Shown: positions 20,234 to 29,111 of the stretch, in pieces
How positions within the stretch are numbered: the first letter of the stretch is position 1
How the letters are laid out: the number at the start of each line of letters is the position of its first letter
Assembly (NCBI GenBank): GCA_029007825.1
Contig: JAQXIO010000053.1
Span: 28,156 to 92,155 of the forward strand
Reading direction: 5' to 3'
Source: Bacteroidales bacterium
Lineage (GTDB): Bacteria; Bacteroidota; Bacteroidia; Bacteroidales; JAQXIO01
DNA: 64,000 bases
Translations under genes and position numbers: made by a program
The notes under the pieces: model-generated
Seen by the model: only the letters and a program-made list of their open reading frames with translations
The model's database searches: none
What the model was told of the DNA's origin: nothing

Positions 20234-20802
20234 GTTAATGTATATAGATGCTCAACCAATATTTTTATTCCGATAGAAATCAATACGAGTCCTCCAATTA
20301 TCTCTATCGCTTTAGAATTCACTTTTTTCCCGAAACGGCCGCCTAAAAAGACACCGAAAAAAGAGAAGAGGAACGTCGCGGCGGATACAACCAGGAATGC
20401 AGAGAGGATAGGCGTATTCAACATCGCCAGCGATATACCTACAGCGGCGGCATCAATGCTGGTAGCAATGCCGAGCCCCCATAACACACGGGGACGCAGC
20501 GGATCGAATATACAGTTGTCGCCACCCTTATTTTTCAAACGTTCATAGATCATTTTGGAACCGAGGTAAAACAACAGCACAAAAGCAATCCAATGGTCAT
20601 AACTTTGAATGAGCCCGCTCATACCGACTCCCAAGAAATAGCCCAAAGCAGTCATAACGCCCTGACATAATGCGAATATCGCAGCCATTTTCCATATAAT
20701 GCGCCGATACTGCTCTTTCATTACCGCACCTCCGGTAACAGAGACCACAAAACTATCAACCGAAAGCCCTACGGCAATCAGTACTATTTCAATACAGTAC
20801 AT
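20230..20802 (-). CDS. mntP: manganese efflux pump MntP
   Basis: 190 aa, 6 TM, duplicated DSFVVS / SIDAAAVG motifs. Overlaps apbE by 4 nt. Confidence 0.85.
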   Translation of the reverse strand: MYCIEIVLIAVGLSVDSFVVSVTGGAVMKEQYRRIIWKMAAIFALCQGVMTALGYFLGVGMSGLIQSYDHWIAFVLLFYLGSKMIYERLKNKGGDNCIFDPLRPRVLWGLGIATSIDAAAVGISLAMLNTPILSAFLVVSAATFLFSFFGVFLGGRFGKKVNSKAIEIIGGLVLISIGIKILVEHLYTLT

Positions 20803-21330
20803 CTATTTGAAGCTATTCCACTTTACCAGCTCAAACATCTCCTTCCGTTTCTTAACAGGCGGCATTTTTGCAGCCGACTCCGAAGGATATCCCAGCGGCA
20901 AAATGACAACCGGCTCCCAATTTTCAGGAATCGAAAACAGTTCGCGGCATTTCAGAACATCGAAATTGCATACCCAACAACATCCCAACCCTTGTTCGGC
21001 TGCTGCCAAGGCTATATGTTCGGTAAAAATAGCTACGTCGACATCGCTGTGGTCTTTTCCGTCGCTTCCGCGTTTCCATGCGGCCTGATGATCTCCGCAA
21101 ATAATCAGATAGAGGGGTGCTGCATTAAACCATTCACGTGTATAACATGTATGTAATTTACCGCAGGCTTCTTTATCTTTCACTACAATGCAACACCAGG
21201 GTTGATAATTAACGGCAGAGGGTGCCATGCGGGCACACTCTAACAGATAATCCAGTTTCTCAGGTTCAACGGCTTTTTCCGAGAAGCTCCGTACGGAATA
21301 TCTTTTTCGTGTCAATTCAAGAAATGTCAT
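20803..21330 (-). CDS. nitroreductase family protein
   Basis: LTRKRYSVRSF N-terminal motif, 175 aa. Abuts mntP with no gap. Confidence 0.85.
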   Translation of the reverse strand: MTFLELTRKRYSVRSFSEKAVEPEKLDYLLECARMAPSAVNYQPWCCIVVKDKEACGKLHTCYTREWFNAAPLYLIICGDHQAAWKRGSDGKDHSDVDVAIFTEHIALAAAEQGLGCCWVCNFDVLKCRELFSIPENWEPVVILPLGYPSESAAKMPPVKKRKEMFELVKWNSFK

Positions 21331-22274
21331 ATTTCTTCTGCTATTTTATAATTGTTCCTTTCTACAGAATTACGTGTTATCAATTCACCGATGAAACCGG
21401 CCAGAAAAAGTTGTGTTCCTATTATCATGGATGCTATCGAGAGATAGAAGTAGGGAGAATCGGTAACCAGCCTGTATTCCATACCGTTGTGCATAAAATA
21501 CAATTTGCTGATGCCTACGATCAGGACGGCTATCAAACCAAAAAGGAACATGAGGCTTCCGAGAAGGCCGAAAATGTGCATCGGCTTTTTCCCAAATTTA
21601 GATAAGAACCATAAGGTCATAAGATCGAGATAACCGTTGAAGAAGCGGTCTAATCCGAATTTCGTTTTTCCGTATTTCCTTGCCTGATGGTGTACGACTT
21701 TTTCTCCGATACGGTTGAACCCGGCAATTTTAGCCAGATAGGGTATATAGCGGTGCATGTCGTTATAGACTTCGATGTTTTTCACTACTTCGCGGCGATA
21801 GACTTTCAGTCCGCAATTAAAATCGTGCAAGCAGATGCCCGATACCATGCGTGCCGTGGCATTATACAGTTTCGTCGGCAACGTTTTAGAGATGGGGTCG
21901 TAACGTTTCTGTTTCCAACCCGAAACCAGATCGTAACCTTCTTCGGTTATCATCCGGTAGAGTTCCGGTATTTCGTCGGGGCTATCCTGCAGATCGGCAT
22001 CCATCGTGATAACGACATCGCCCTGTGCTTTTGCAAAACCGCAGTGCAGACCGGGTGATTTCCCGTAATTGCGCCGGAATCGTATTGCCTTCACATAGGG
22101 CGACTGTTGCGACAGCTTTTCTATTTCTTTCCATGAATTATCGGTGCTACCGTCATCGATAAAAAGAATTTCATAAGTGTAGCCGTGTTGTTCGAGCACT
22201 CGTTTCAACCAATCGTACAATTCAGGAATGGATTCCTCTTCGTTATACAAAGGAATTACTATCGATAAATCCAT
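21327..22274 (-). CDS. glycosyltransferase family 2, polyprenyl-phosphate sugar transferase type
   Basis: IVIPLYNEEESI, FIDDGSTD and DADLQD motifs, plus two C-terminal TM helices as in DPM1/ArnC-like enzymes. Confidence 0.88.
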   Translation of the reverse strand: MDLSIVIPLYNEEESIPELYDWLKRVLEQHGYTYEILFIDDGSTDNSWKEIEKLSQQSPYVKAIRFRRNYGKSPGLHCGFAKAQGDVVITMDADLQDSPDEIPELYRMITEEGYDLVSGWKQKRYDPISKTLPTKLYNATARMVSGICLHDFNCGLKVYRREVVKNIEVYNDMHRYIPYLAKIAGFNRIGEKVVHHQARKYGKTKFGLDRFFNGYLDLMTLWFLSKFGKKPMHIFGLLGSLMFLFGLIAVLIVGISKLYFMHNGMEYRLVTDSPYFYLSIASMIIGTQLFLAGFIGELITRNSVERNNYKIAEEI

Positions 22275-22278
22275 CTAC

Positions 22279-22800
22279 TTAGTTGTTATTTTGTTTTACC
22301 TGCCGTTTCGTCAAAAATGCAATGGGTATCGAAACGACGGCACCTATTGTAATATTATTCGCTATTCCCTGAAGCGTCATCTGAATGGGTGTCGGGACTC
22401 CCATCGATTTTGCCTGTTCCAATACTTTCTGATCGGTTTTCATTTCGGACAAGACGGAAATTGCCTGATTCACAATATCGGACAGTTCCTGCGGCGTCAC
22501 TACATTTTTATAATAGTAAAAATGGAGCGGAGCAACAATCAGGGCCGAAAAGGCGTAAAGCAACAGACCGAACTGCCATGCGTGGAAAAAAGAGAATTTG
22601 TCGCCTCCGAGCAGATTACGATAGAGCAAAGTGCACCGATAAGCTATAAAAGGTACCACAACGGTCAACGCAATATATAACATGCTCAAAACCTGATTCT
22701 TTCCTCCAACAATGACCAATATATATTTGAGCGCCCAGAAAAGTCCCATAAAAAGCCCCATACGAGCGGCGGCTTTCATCAATCTGCTTTTATCTTCCAT
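22279..22800 (-). CDS. DUF4199-like membrane protein
   Basis: 173 aa, 4-5 TM. The position downstream of a GT2 is typical for this family in Bacteroidetes (family call from memory). Confidence 0.55.
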   Translation of the reverse strand: MEDKSRLMKAAARMGLFMGLFWALKYILVIVGGKNQVLSMLYIALTVVVPFIAYRCTLLYRNLLGGDKFSFFHAWQFGLLLYAFSALIVAPLHFYYYKNVVTPQELSDIVNQAISVLSEMKTDQKVLEQAKSMGVPTPIQMTLQGIANNITIGAVVSIPIAFLTKRQVKQNNN

Positions 22801-22978
22801 CTTTTTTCTATATTCCTAACAAAGATAGTGATATTTTACAAAACATCGTTTCTTAAAAAAGCGGGTTTTTAAAGATACAAGACTTAAACACAGCAGCGTT
22901 AAAACAAACCGTTACAATATTTTTCAACCGGGCTCGGGATTTCAGATAAATTGTCTCCTACATATAATATGCCTAAGT

Positions 22979-23028
22979 TTTTCCAAAATGAAAAATATAT
23001 TTCCATTTTGGAAAACTCCATTTTTCAT
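22979..23028. promoter_or_regulatory. interleaved inverted repeats upstream of otsAB (candidate operator)
   Basis: TTTTCCAAAATG (22979-22990) pairs with CATTTTGGAAAA (23004-23015). ATGAAAAAT (22988-22996) pairs with ATTTTTCAT (23020-23028). Confidence 0.35.
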
Positions 23029-23108
23029 TACATTTTCATATACAACTGATTATAAAGCAAATAAAAAGTAAAAAATCACTCTGGCATATCGTTTGTCAAG
23101 GTGATTAT

Positions 23109-25367
23109 ATGAAACTGTATATTATATCGAACCGATTACCGGTCAAGGTTAGCAAGCAAAACGGGAGCTTCGTATTTTCACGAAGCGAAGGGGGCTTAGC
23201 AACAGGTCTGGATTCTCTTCAGATTCCTTATGAAAAGCACTGGATAGGATGGCCGGGGTTATGCCCGGATAAGGAAACGGATAAAAAAGAGATAGAGGCT
23301 AAGCTGAAAGTGCTCAATTTCCATCCTGTATTTTTATCGGAAACACACATCAAGAAATACTACGAAGGTTACAGCAACAGCACGATCTGGCCTTTGTGCC
23401 ATTATTTTTTTGCATACACTTTATTCAAAAACGATTTCTGGCAATCGTACCGACAGGTCAACCAATTGTTTTACGAAACGATTTGCCGACTGGTAGCTCC
23501 CGGTGATATCGTATGGGTACAGGATTACCAGCTTATGCTGCTTCCGGATTTGCTCCGAAAAGCATTTCCGGATTTAAGCATCGGTTATTTCCATCATATT
23601 CCTTTTCCCTCATACGAACTTTTCCGTATTCTCCCGGAACGTGCTGAAATACTGAAAGGTCTTTTAGGTGCCGATTTCATTGCGTTTCACACGCATGACT
23701 ATATGCGGCATTTTATCAGCAGCGTGCAACGAGTGCTTCATATCGATTTCAAATTAGACGAGGTTCAATGGGGCAACCGGGTTGTACGGGTGGATGCTTT
23801 ACCTATGGGTATCAATTACGGGCTTTACCACAAGGCATCGCAAAAGGCAGAAGTGCAGCAGGCTATCGAACGGACGCGTAATCTCTTCGGGGAGCACAAA
23901 CTGATATTATCGGTCGACCGGCTGAATTACAGCAAGGGTATATTGCACCGTTTAGAGGGTTTCGCTTCTTTTCTGGAACATCGTCCGGAGTATCACGGGA
24001 AGGTGACGCTGGCAATGATTATCGTACCTTCTCGCGACCATGTGGAGAATTATACGAAGCTGAAAACGAAAATAGACGAGGTGATCGGGTCTATAAACGG
24101 AAAATATTCGACGATCAACTGGACGCCTGTCTGTTATTTTTACCATGGTTTTTCTTTCGAGGAGCTTACTGCTATGTATTATGTCGCCGATATTGCTTTG
24201 GTAACGCCTTTACGCGACGGGATGAACCTGGTTGCCAAAGAGTATGTTGCAACCAAATGCGGCAATGCGGGAGTTTTAATTTTGAGCGAGATGGCGGGTG
24301 CCGCTGTGGAGATGACGGATGCGCTGCTTATCAATCCGAACGATACGGAACAGATCGAGCGGGCAATTTGCCAGGCATTAGAGATGCCGGAACAAGAGCA
24401 GAAGAGTCGTTTATCGGCCATGCAAGCGGTTATCTCGGTACAAACGGTCAACAAATGGGCTTCGGATTTCATAAACGGGCTGAAAGATACATGCCGGAAA
24501 AACGAGGAGCTTCGCCGGAAACTTCTGACACCCGCCCTCACAGAGCACATCCAATTGCAATACCAGCAAGCCGGACAACGGTTGATTCTTCTGGATTACG
24601 ACGGGACGCTGGCTGTTCTTCAGGCACGACCGGAGGATGCACGACCGACAACGGAACTTATTTCATTTTTACGACAATTATCACAGGATCCGGCCAATCA
24701 TGTGGTTATCAACAGCGGGCGCGACCACACAACGTTAGAGAAATGGCTGGGTGCTCTTCCCGTATCGTTGGTTGCCGAACACGGTGCGTTTTACAAGGAG
24801 AACGGCGTATGGCACAAGAGGGTTCATAACGCCGATTGGGGACAGGGGTTGCTTTCTATTCTGCAACTGTTCGTACAGAAAACGCCTCGTTCTCATCTCG
24901 AAGTCAAGGATTCTGCTCTGGCGTGGCATTACCGGCAGAGCGACGCATGGCTGGGGCCCTTGCGGGCAAAACAATTGGTCGATGCTCTTATTTCTATCTG
25001 CATGCGCCAGAATCTCCAGATTTTACAAGGCAACAAAGTTGTGGAGATCAAACCGGCCGATTACAACAAGGGTTCGGAGGTGAAGCGACTGACGGAAAAC
25101 AGGTATTATGATTTTATCTTAGCTATGGGCGACGACACGACGGACGAAGATATGTTCAGGGCTTTACCAGAAGAGGCCATAACAATAAAAATCGGTAATG
25201 TTTCAGAATCGGCCCGCTATAATTTGCCGTTCCAAAGTGAGGTATTATCTTTCCTCAAAAAGATTACGGAGAGGGATCTGCGGGAGCATACCGACAATAC
25301 CCGGGGAGGGTTGAAGGGTACGCTCGGCTTTTTAAAGAAATTGTTTACAAACTTTATAAAGGAATAG
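23109..25367 (+). CDS. otsAB: bifunctional trehalose-6-phosphate synthase / phosphatase (OtsA-OtsB fusion)
   Basis: The N-terminal GT20 domain starts IISNRLPV. The C-terminal HAD phosphatase carries LLDYDGTL and MGDDTTDEDMF. Confidence 0.92.
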   Translation: MKLYIISNRLPVKVSKQNGSFVFSRSEGGLATGLDSLQIPYEKHWIGWPGLCPDKETDKKEIEAKLKVLNFHPVFLSETHIKKYYEGYSNSTIWPLCHYFFAYTLFKNDFWQSYRQVNQLFYETICRLVAPGDIVWVQDYQLMLLPDLLRKAFPDLSIGYFHHIPFPSYELFRILPERAEILKGLLGADFIAFHTHDYMRHFISSVQRVLHIDFKLDEVQWGNRVVRVDALPMGINYGLYHKASQKAEVQQAIERTRNLFGEHKLILSVDRLNYSKGILHRLEGFASFLEHRPEYHGKVTLAMIIVPSRDHVENYTKLKTKIDEVIGSINGKYSTINWTPVCYFYHGFSFEELTAMYYVADIALVTPLRDGMNLVAKEYVATKCGNAGVLILSEMAGAAVEMTDALLINPNDTEQIERAICQALEMPEQEQKSRLSAMQAVISVQTVNKWASDFINGLKDTCRKNEELRRKLLTPALTEHIQLQYQQAGQRLILLDYDGTLAVLQARPEDARPTTELISFLRQLSQDPANHVVINSGRDHTTLEKWLGALPVSLVAEHGAFYKENGVWHKRVHNADWGQGLLSILQLFVQKTPRSHLEVKDSALAWHYRQSDAWLGPLRAKQLVDALISICMRQNLQILQGNKVVEIKPADYNKGSEVKRLTENRYYDFILAMGDDTTDEDMFRALPEEAITIKIGNVSESARYNLPFQSEVLSFLKKITERDLREHTDNTRGGLKGTLGFLKKLFTNFIKE

Positions 25368-25375
25368 GAATTGTC

Positions 25376-27166
25376 ATGAATAATCTGAATTACGGTGTTA
25401 TCGGAAATTGCCGGACTGCAGCCCTTATCTCGGAAAAGGGAACGATTGAGTGGCTGTGTTTCCCGGATTTCGATTCGCCTTCGATCTTCGCAAACCTACT
25501 GGACCGCGAAAAAGGCGGATGCTTCGGTTTTGAAGTGTCAAACGATTACCGTATCACACAATCGTATGTTCCTCATACGAATATCTTGTCTACGCAATTT
25601 TCTTCGGGGGAAAACGAGTTTGTCGTACTGGATTTTATGCCTCGCTACCGTTCAAAAGATCACGAACATTATATTCCTGCGGAGATTTACCGTTACATAC
25701 GCCTTGTGAAAGGGCATCCACGTTTTAAAGTCAACTACCGTCCGGCTCCCAATTATGCACGGGGAAAGGCTATTTACAACATTACGCCGCAATATATCGA
25801 AACTTACTGTTCGTCGGATAACAAGGACAGACAATATCTCTACTCTTCACTGCCATTACAATCGATTCATGAACAAAAAGAGGTGTTACTAAAAAAAGAC
25901 GAGTTTTTTTTGCTGTCTTATAACGAGAAAGTAATTCCGATCGATATAGAGCGTGAAAAGCTCGAGTATTGCCGTACGCTCGTTTACTGGCTGAACTGGA
26001 CGAACCGTACAAAAAAGTATTCTTTATATAACGAGGTGATCGAACGCAGTTTATTGGTTTTGAAACTTATGTCGTATTATAACGGGGCGGTGTTGGCTGC
26101 ACTGACGACGAGTCTACCGGAATCGATCGGCGATATTCGCAATTGGGATTACCGTTTCTGCTGGCTCAGGGATGCATCGATGTCTATCGAAACGCTGTTT
26201 AAAATCGGTCATGAAAAGGCTGCGGAACGTTTTATGAGGTTTATACAATCTACTTTCGTTTCCAAACATGAATCGTACCAGATTATGTATGGTATACGCG
26301 GCGAACGACAATTGACCGAGGTTATCATGGAACATTTATCCGGCTATAAAAATTCGAAGCCGGTAAGGGTGGGAAACGACGCTTACCATCAACGGCAAAA
26401 CGATTCTTTCGGCTATCTGATGGATTTGATTTATCAATATTACCGTCTAATGCCCGGCACGCTCAACGAGATCGAGGATATGTGGGAAATGGTAAAGAGC
26501 ATTCTTTCGACTGTTACCGAGGATTGGAAAAAACCGGACAAGGGTATCTGGGAGATCCGTGGGGAGAGCCATCATTTCGTGTCTTCGAAAGTGATGTGCT
26601 GGGTCGCTTTAGACAGGGGGATGCGTATCGCTTCCCTACTGAACAAGTATAATTACAGCGAGAAATGGCAGAAGGAGGCCGATAAAATACGGGCAGACGT
26701 AATGGAACATGGTTGGAAAGAGGGGATACAAAGCTTTTCACAGGCTTATGATAATCTTGCGTTGGATTCTTCTTTGTTGCTTATGGAGCCTTATGGTTTT
26801 ATCGCAGCGGATGACGTGCGGTACCACAAAACGGTAAAAGCCGTTAAAAAGGCTCTTTTTCACAAGGGCCTGATGTACCGGTATAATAACGAAGACGATT
26901 TCGGGATGCCTTCTTCGGCTTTTACGATCTGTACTTTCTGGCTGATCCGTGCACTTTTCGTTATCGGAGAGAAGGAGGAGGCGCGCTGCCTGTTCGACGA
27001 GACGCTGAAATATTCCAATCATTTAGGTCTTTTCAGCGAGGATATCGATTTCGAAACGAAAGAGCAGTTAGGGAATTTTCCGCAGGCTTATTCTCATCTG
27101 GCACTTGTCAACACGGCTATTTTATTCGCAGAGAAGGACAACAGCTTGTTTTTCATCCGCCCGTAA
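25376..27166 (+). CDS. glycoside hydrolase family 15 (glucoamylase/trehalase-like)
   Basis: 596 aa with NWDYRFCWLRDAS and C-terminal FPQAYSHLALV motifs of the GH15 (alpha/alpha)6 barrel. Confidence 0.9.
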   Translation: MNNLNYGVIGNCRTAALISEKGTIEWLCFPDFDSPSIFANLLDREKGGCFGFEVSNDYRITQSYVPHTNILSTQFSSGENEFVVLDFMPRYRSKDHEHYIPAEIYRYIRLVKGHPRFKVNYRPAPNYARGKAIYNITPQYIETYCSSDNKDRQYLYSSLPLQSIHEQKEVLLKKDEFFLLSYNEKVIPIDIEREKLEYCRTLVYWLNWTNRTKKYSLYNEVIERSLLVLKLMSYYNGAVLAALTTSLPESIGDIRNWDYRFCWLRDASMSIETLFKIGHEKAAERFMRFIQSTFVSKHESYQIMYGIRGERQLTEVIMEHLSGYKNSKPVRVGNDAYHQRQNDSFGYLMDLIYQYYRLMPGTLNEIEDMWEMVKSILSTVTEDWKKPDKGIWEIRGESHHFVSSKVMCWVALDRGMRIASLLNKYNYSEKWQKEADKIRADVMEHGWKEGIQSFSQAYDNLALDSSLLLMEPYGFIAADDVRYHKTVKAVKKALFHKGLMYRYNNEDDFGMPSSAFTICTFWLIRALFVIGEKEEARCLFDETLKYSNHLGLFSEDIDFETKEQLGNFPQAYSHLALVNTAILFAEKDNSLFFIRP

Positions 27167-27230
27167 AACGATTACTGGTCTATCCTGTTTTATTTCCTAC
27201 ACATAGAATGAGGGTTTTCCCGTTTAGAAT

Positions 27231-27268
27231 AAAAAAAGCGAGACGATCGAATCGATCGTCTCGCTTTT
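27231..27268. terminator. bidirectional terminator shared by GH15 (+) and tRNA-Thr (-)
   Basis: 12-bp perfect stem GCGAGACGATCG / CGATCGTCTCGC with a 3-nt loop, flanked by A7 on one side and T4 on the other. Confidence 0.85.
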
Positions 27269-27269
27269 G

Positions 27270-27343
27270 AGCCTCTTGTCGGATTCGAACCAACGACCCC
27301 GAGATTACAAATCACGTGCTCTGGCCAACTGAGCTAAAGAGGC
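27270..27343 (-). tRNA. tRNA-Thr (anticodon UGU)
   Basis: 74-nt cloverleaf on the minus strand: acceptor GCCTCTT/AAGAGGC, D arm GCTC-AGTTGGCCA-GAGC, anticodon loop TTTGTAA, T arm GTTGG-TTCGAAT-CCGAC. The anticodon stem has one T-T mismatch. Confidence 0.93.
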
Positions 27344-27347
27344 AAGT

Positions 27348-27443
27348 GGGTAAGCTTACTATATCGCGTCGCTACAACCAACTACCCTTGCTGCGATCAA
27401 ACCCTGGGGGATTCGAAGGGAGCTGACCGTATAGGACTTACCC
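27348..27443 (-). ncRNA. candidate ~96-nt structured RNA co-transcribed with tRNA-Thr
   Basis: A 7-bp terminal helix, GGGTAAG (27443-27437) with CTTACCC (27354-27348), starts at the predicted TSS and ends 4 nt before the tRNA 5' end. Inner helices are CTATA/TATAG and CCCTT/AAGGG. Confidence 0.3.
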
Positions 27444-27448
27444 GGGCA

Positions 27449-27479
27449 CAAAGGTAGTAGTTTTTTCCAAAATTGCAAA
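27449..27479 (-). promoter_or_regulatory. near-consensus Bacteroidetes promoter for the leader RNA and tRNA-Thr transcript
   Basis: The minus strand reads TTTG-N19-TACCTTTG, with -33 at 27479-27476 and -7 at 27456-27449. Confidence 0.6.
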
Positions 27480-27646
27480 CAGGTCTATTCTCTTTTTATT
27501 AATTCCTTATATGAAAAAATAAAATATATTTTTCTTACCCAAGAAACAGCTTCTGACTGAGGGTATTCCTTTATCCGACATTTATTTCCTAAAAATATTC
27601 GGATATGAGTTTTGCCAGCCAACATTACATATTGTAGAATAATTGC

Positions 27647-27654
27647 TACATTTG
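27647..27654 (+). promoter_or_regulatory. candidate -7 box for the purF-like/pepT operon
   Basis: TACATTTG lies 48 nt upstream of the ATG at 27702. Confidence 0.4.
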
Positions 27655-27701
27655 TATGACAATTAGAGACAATAAACCAATCATAAATCAGCACGACAAC
27701 A

Positions 27702-29111
27702 ATGGGTGGCTTTTTCGGAACAATATCCAATCAAGAGTGTACAACAGATTTGTTTTACGGAACAGATTATAACTCACATTTAGGAACAAAAAGGGGCGGT
27801 ATGGTAACGCTCAAAGACAATGAGCTGAAACGTTCCATACACAACCTGGAAAATTCCTATTTCCGTACTAAATTCGAATCGGACTTAACAAAATTTGCAG
27901 GAAAATCAGGTATCGGAGTTATCAGCGACACAGATCCTCAACCTATCGTTATGAACTGCCACCTCGGAAGATTCGCTATCGTAACGGTTGCAAGAGTAAA
28001 CAATATACGTGAAATAGAGGAGGGATTACTCGAACGCGGACGCCATTTTACGGAGCTCAGTTCGGGTAAAGTAAATCAAACCGAGTTAATCGCTTTGCTG
28101 ATTTCGGAGGGAAAAGATTTTGTTAATGGCATTGAAAATGTTTTCAATGCCATTAATGGTTCATGCTCGATGCTTCTGTTGACAGAAAAGGGTATTATCG
28201 CCGCCCGCGACAAATTCGGAAGGACTCCCGTTGTCATCGGGAAAAAAGAGGGTGCCCATGCGGTATCAAGCGAACCATGCAGTTTTCCGAACTTAGGTTA
28301 TGAGCCATCTTACAACGTCGGACCGGGAGAGGTCGTATTGCTGACAGCAGACGAGCTTGTCCAATTACGGAAACCGAACAAAAGAATGCAGGTGTGTTCT
28401 TTCTTATGGATTTATTTCGGGTATCCCGTATCGGAATACGAAGGGATCAACGTCGATACGGTACGCTATAACAGCGGTCTGGCTATGGCGATGAAAGATA
28501 ATACGAAGGCTGATTTCGTATCGGGTATTCCCGACTCGGGAATCGGTCAGGCTTTAGGGTATTCGCAGGGTATGAGGATTCCTTACAAACGGGCAATTGT
28601 CAAATATACTCCTACATGGCCCCGCAGTTTTACTCCGTCGAATCAGGCAACTCGCGACCTTGTGGCAAAAATGAAACTGATTCCGAATAAAAAACTTTTA
28701 GAGGGTCAGCGCGTTATTTTCTGTGACGACTCTATCGTAAGGGGAACTCAATTGCGGGATAATGTGAATATTCTTTACCGGTATGGCGCAAAAGAGGTTC
28801 ATATGCGTATCGGTTGTCCTCCGATTTTATATTCTTGCCCGTTCTTAAATTTCTCAGCGTCAAAATCGGTTCTCGAGCTTATCGCCCGCCGTACCATCGC
28901 CGAATTAGAGGGCGGTAATGACGAGAAGGATCTCGAACTGTACGGAAAGACGAATAGTGAGCAGTATAAGAATATGGTCGAGAGCATCCGTAAAAAGTTA
29001 AATATCACGTCTCTCCAATTTAACACGCTGGAGGATATGGTTGCAGCGATCGGACTACCGAAAGAACAACTCTGCACCCATTGCTATGACGGAACAGGTT
29101 GTTTTAAATAA
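27702..29111 (+). CDS. amidophosphoribosyltransferase-like protein (PurF paralogue with degenerate glutaminase domain)
   Basis: The PRPP-binding motif FCDDSIVRGTQL is intact. The N-terminus is MGGFFG instead of MCG, and no HNG motif is present. Confidence 0.8.
   Translation: MGGFFGTISNQECTTDLFYGTDYNSHLGTKRGGMVTLKDNELKRSIHNLENSYFRTKFESDLTKFAGKSGIGVISDTDPQPIVMNCHLGRFAIVTVARVNNIREIEEGLLERGRHFTELSSGKVNQTELIALLISEGKDFVNGIENVFNAINGSCSMLLLTEKGIIAARDKFGRTPVVIGKKEGAHAVSSEPCSFPNLGYEPSYNVGPGEVVLLTADELVQLRKPNKRMQVCSFLWIYFGYPVSEYEGINVDTVRYNSGLAMAMKDNTKADFVSGIPDSGIGQALGYSQGMRIPYKRAIVKYTPTWPRSFTPSNQATRDLVAKMKLIPNKKLLEGQRVIFCDDSIVRGTQLRDNVNILYRYGAKEVHMRIGCPPILYSCPFLNFSASKSVLELIARRTIAELEGGNDEKDLELYGKTNSEQYKNMVESIRKKLNITSLQFNTLEDMVAAIGLPKEQLCTHCYDGTGCFK

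Noticed and set aside
27400-27425. GGGGGATTCGAAGGGAG looks like a tRNA T-loop (TTCGAAT), hinting at a second or degenerate tRNA gene.
   Set aside because: The flanking 5-mers are not complementary on either strand (CTCCC/CCCCC on the minus strand), and no D arm or anticodon arm can be built at the right distances from the 7-bp terminal helix.
27348-27443. The structured RNA upstream of tRNA-Thr could be the 4.5S/SRP RNA. It shares the words GGTCAG, GCAGCAAGG and GACGCG with E. coli 4.5S and is a hairpin of about 100 nt.
   Set aside because: The segment between GGTCAG and GCAGC is 24 nt with an 11-nt loop, not the short GNRA-capped helix 8. The symmetric-loop consensus (AGG / AGCA) is not reproduced. 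I cannot support the SRP call without a covariance-model score, so only a generic candidate ncRNA is reported.
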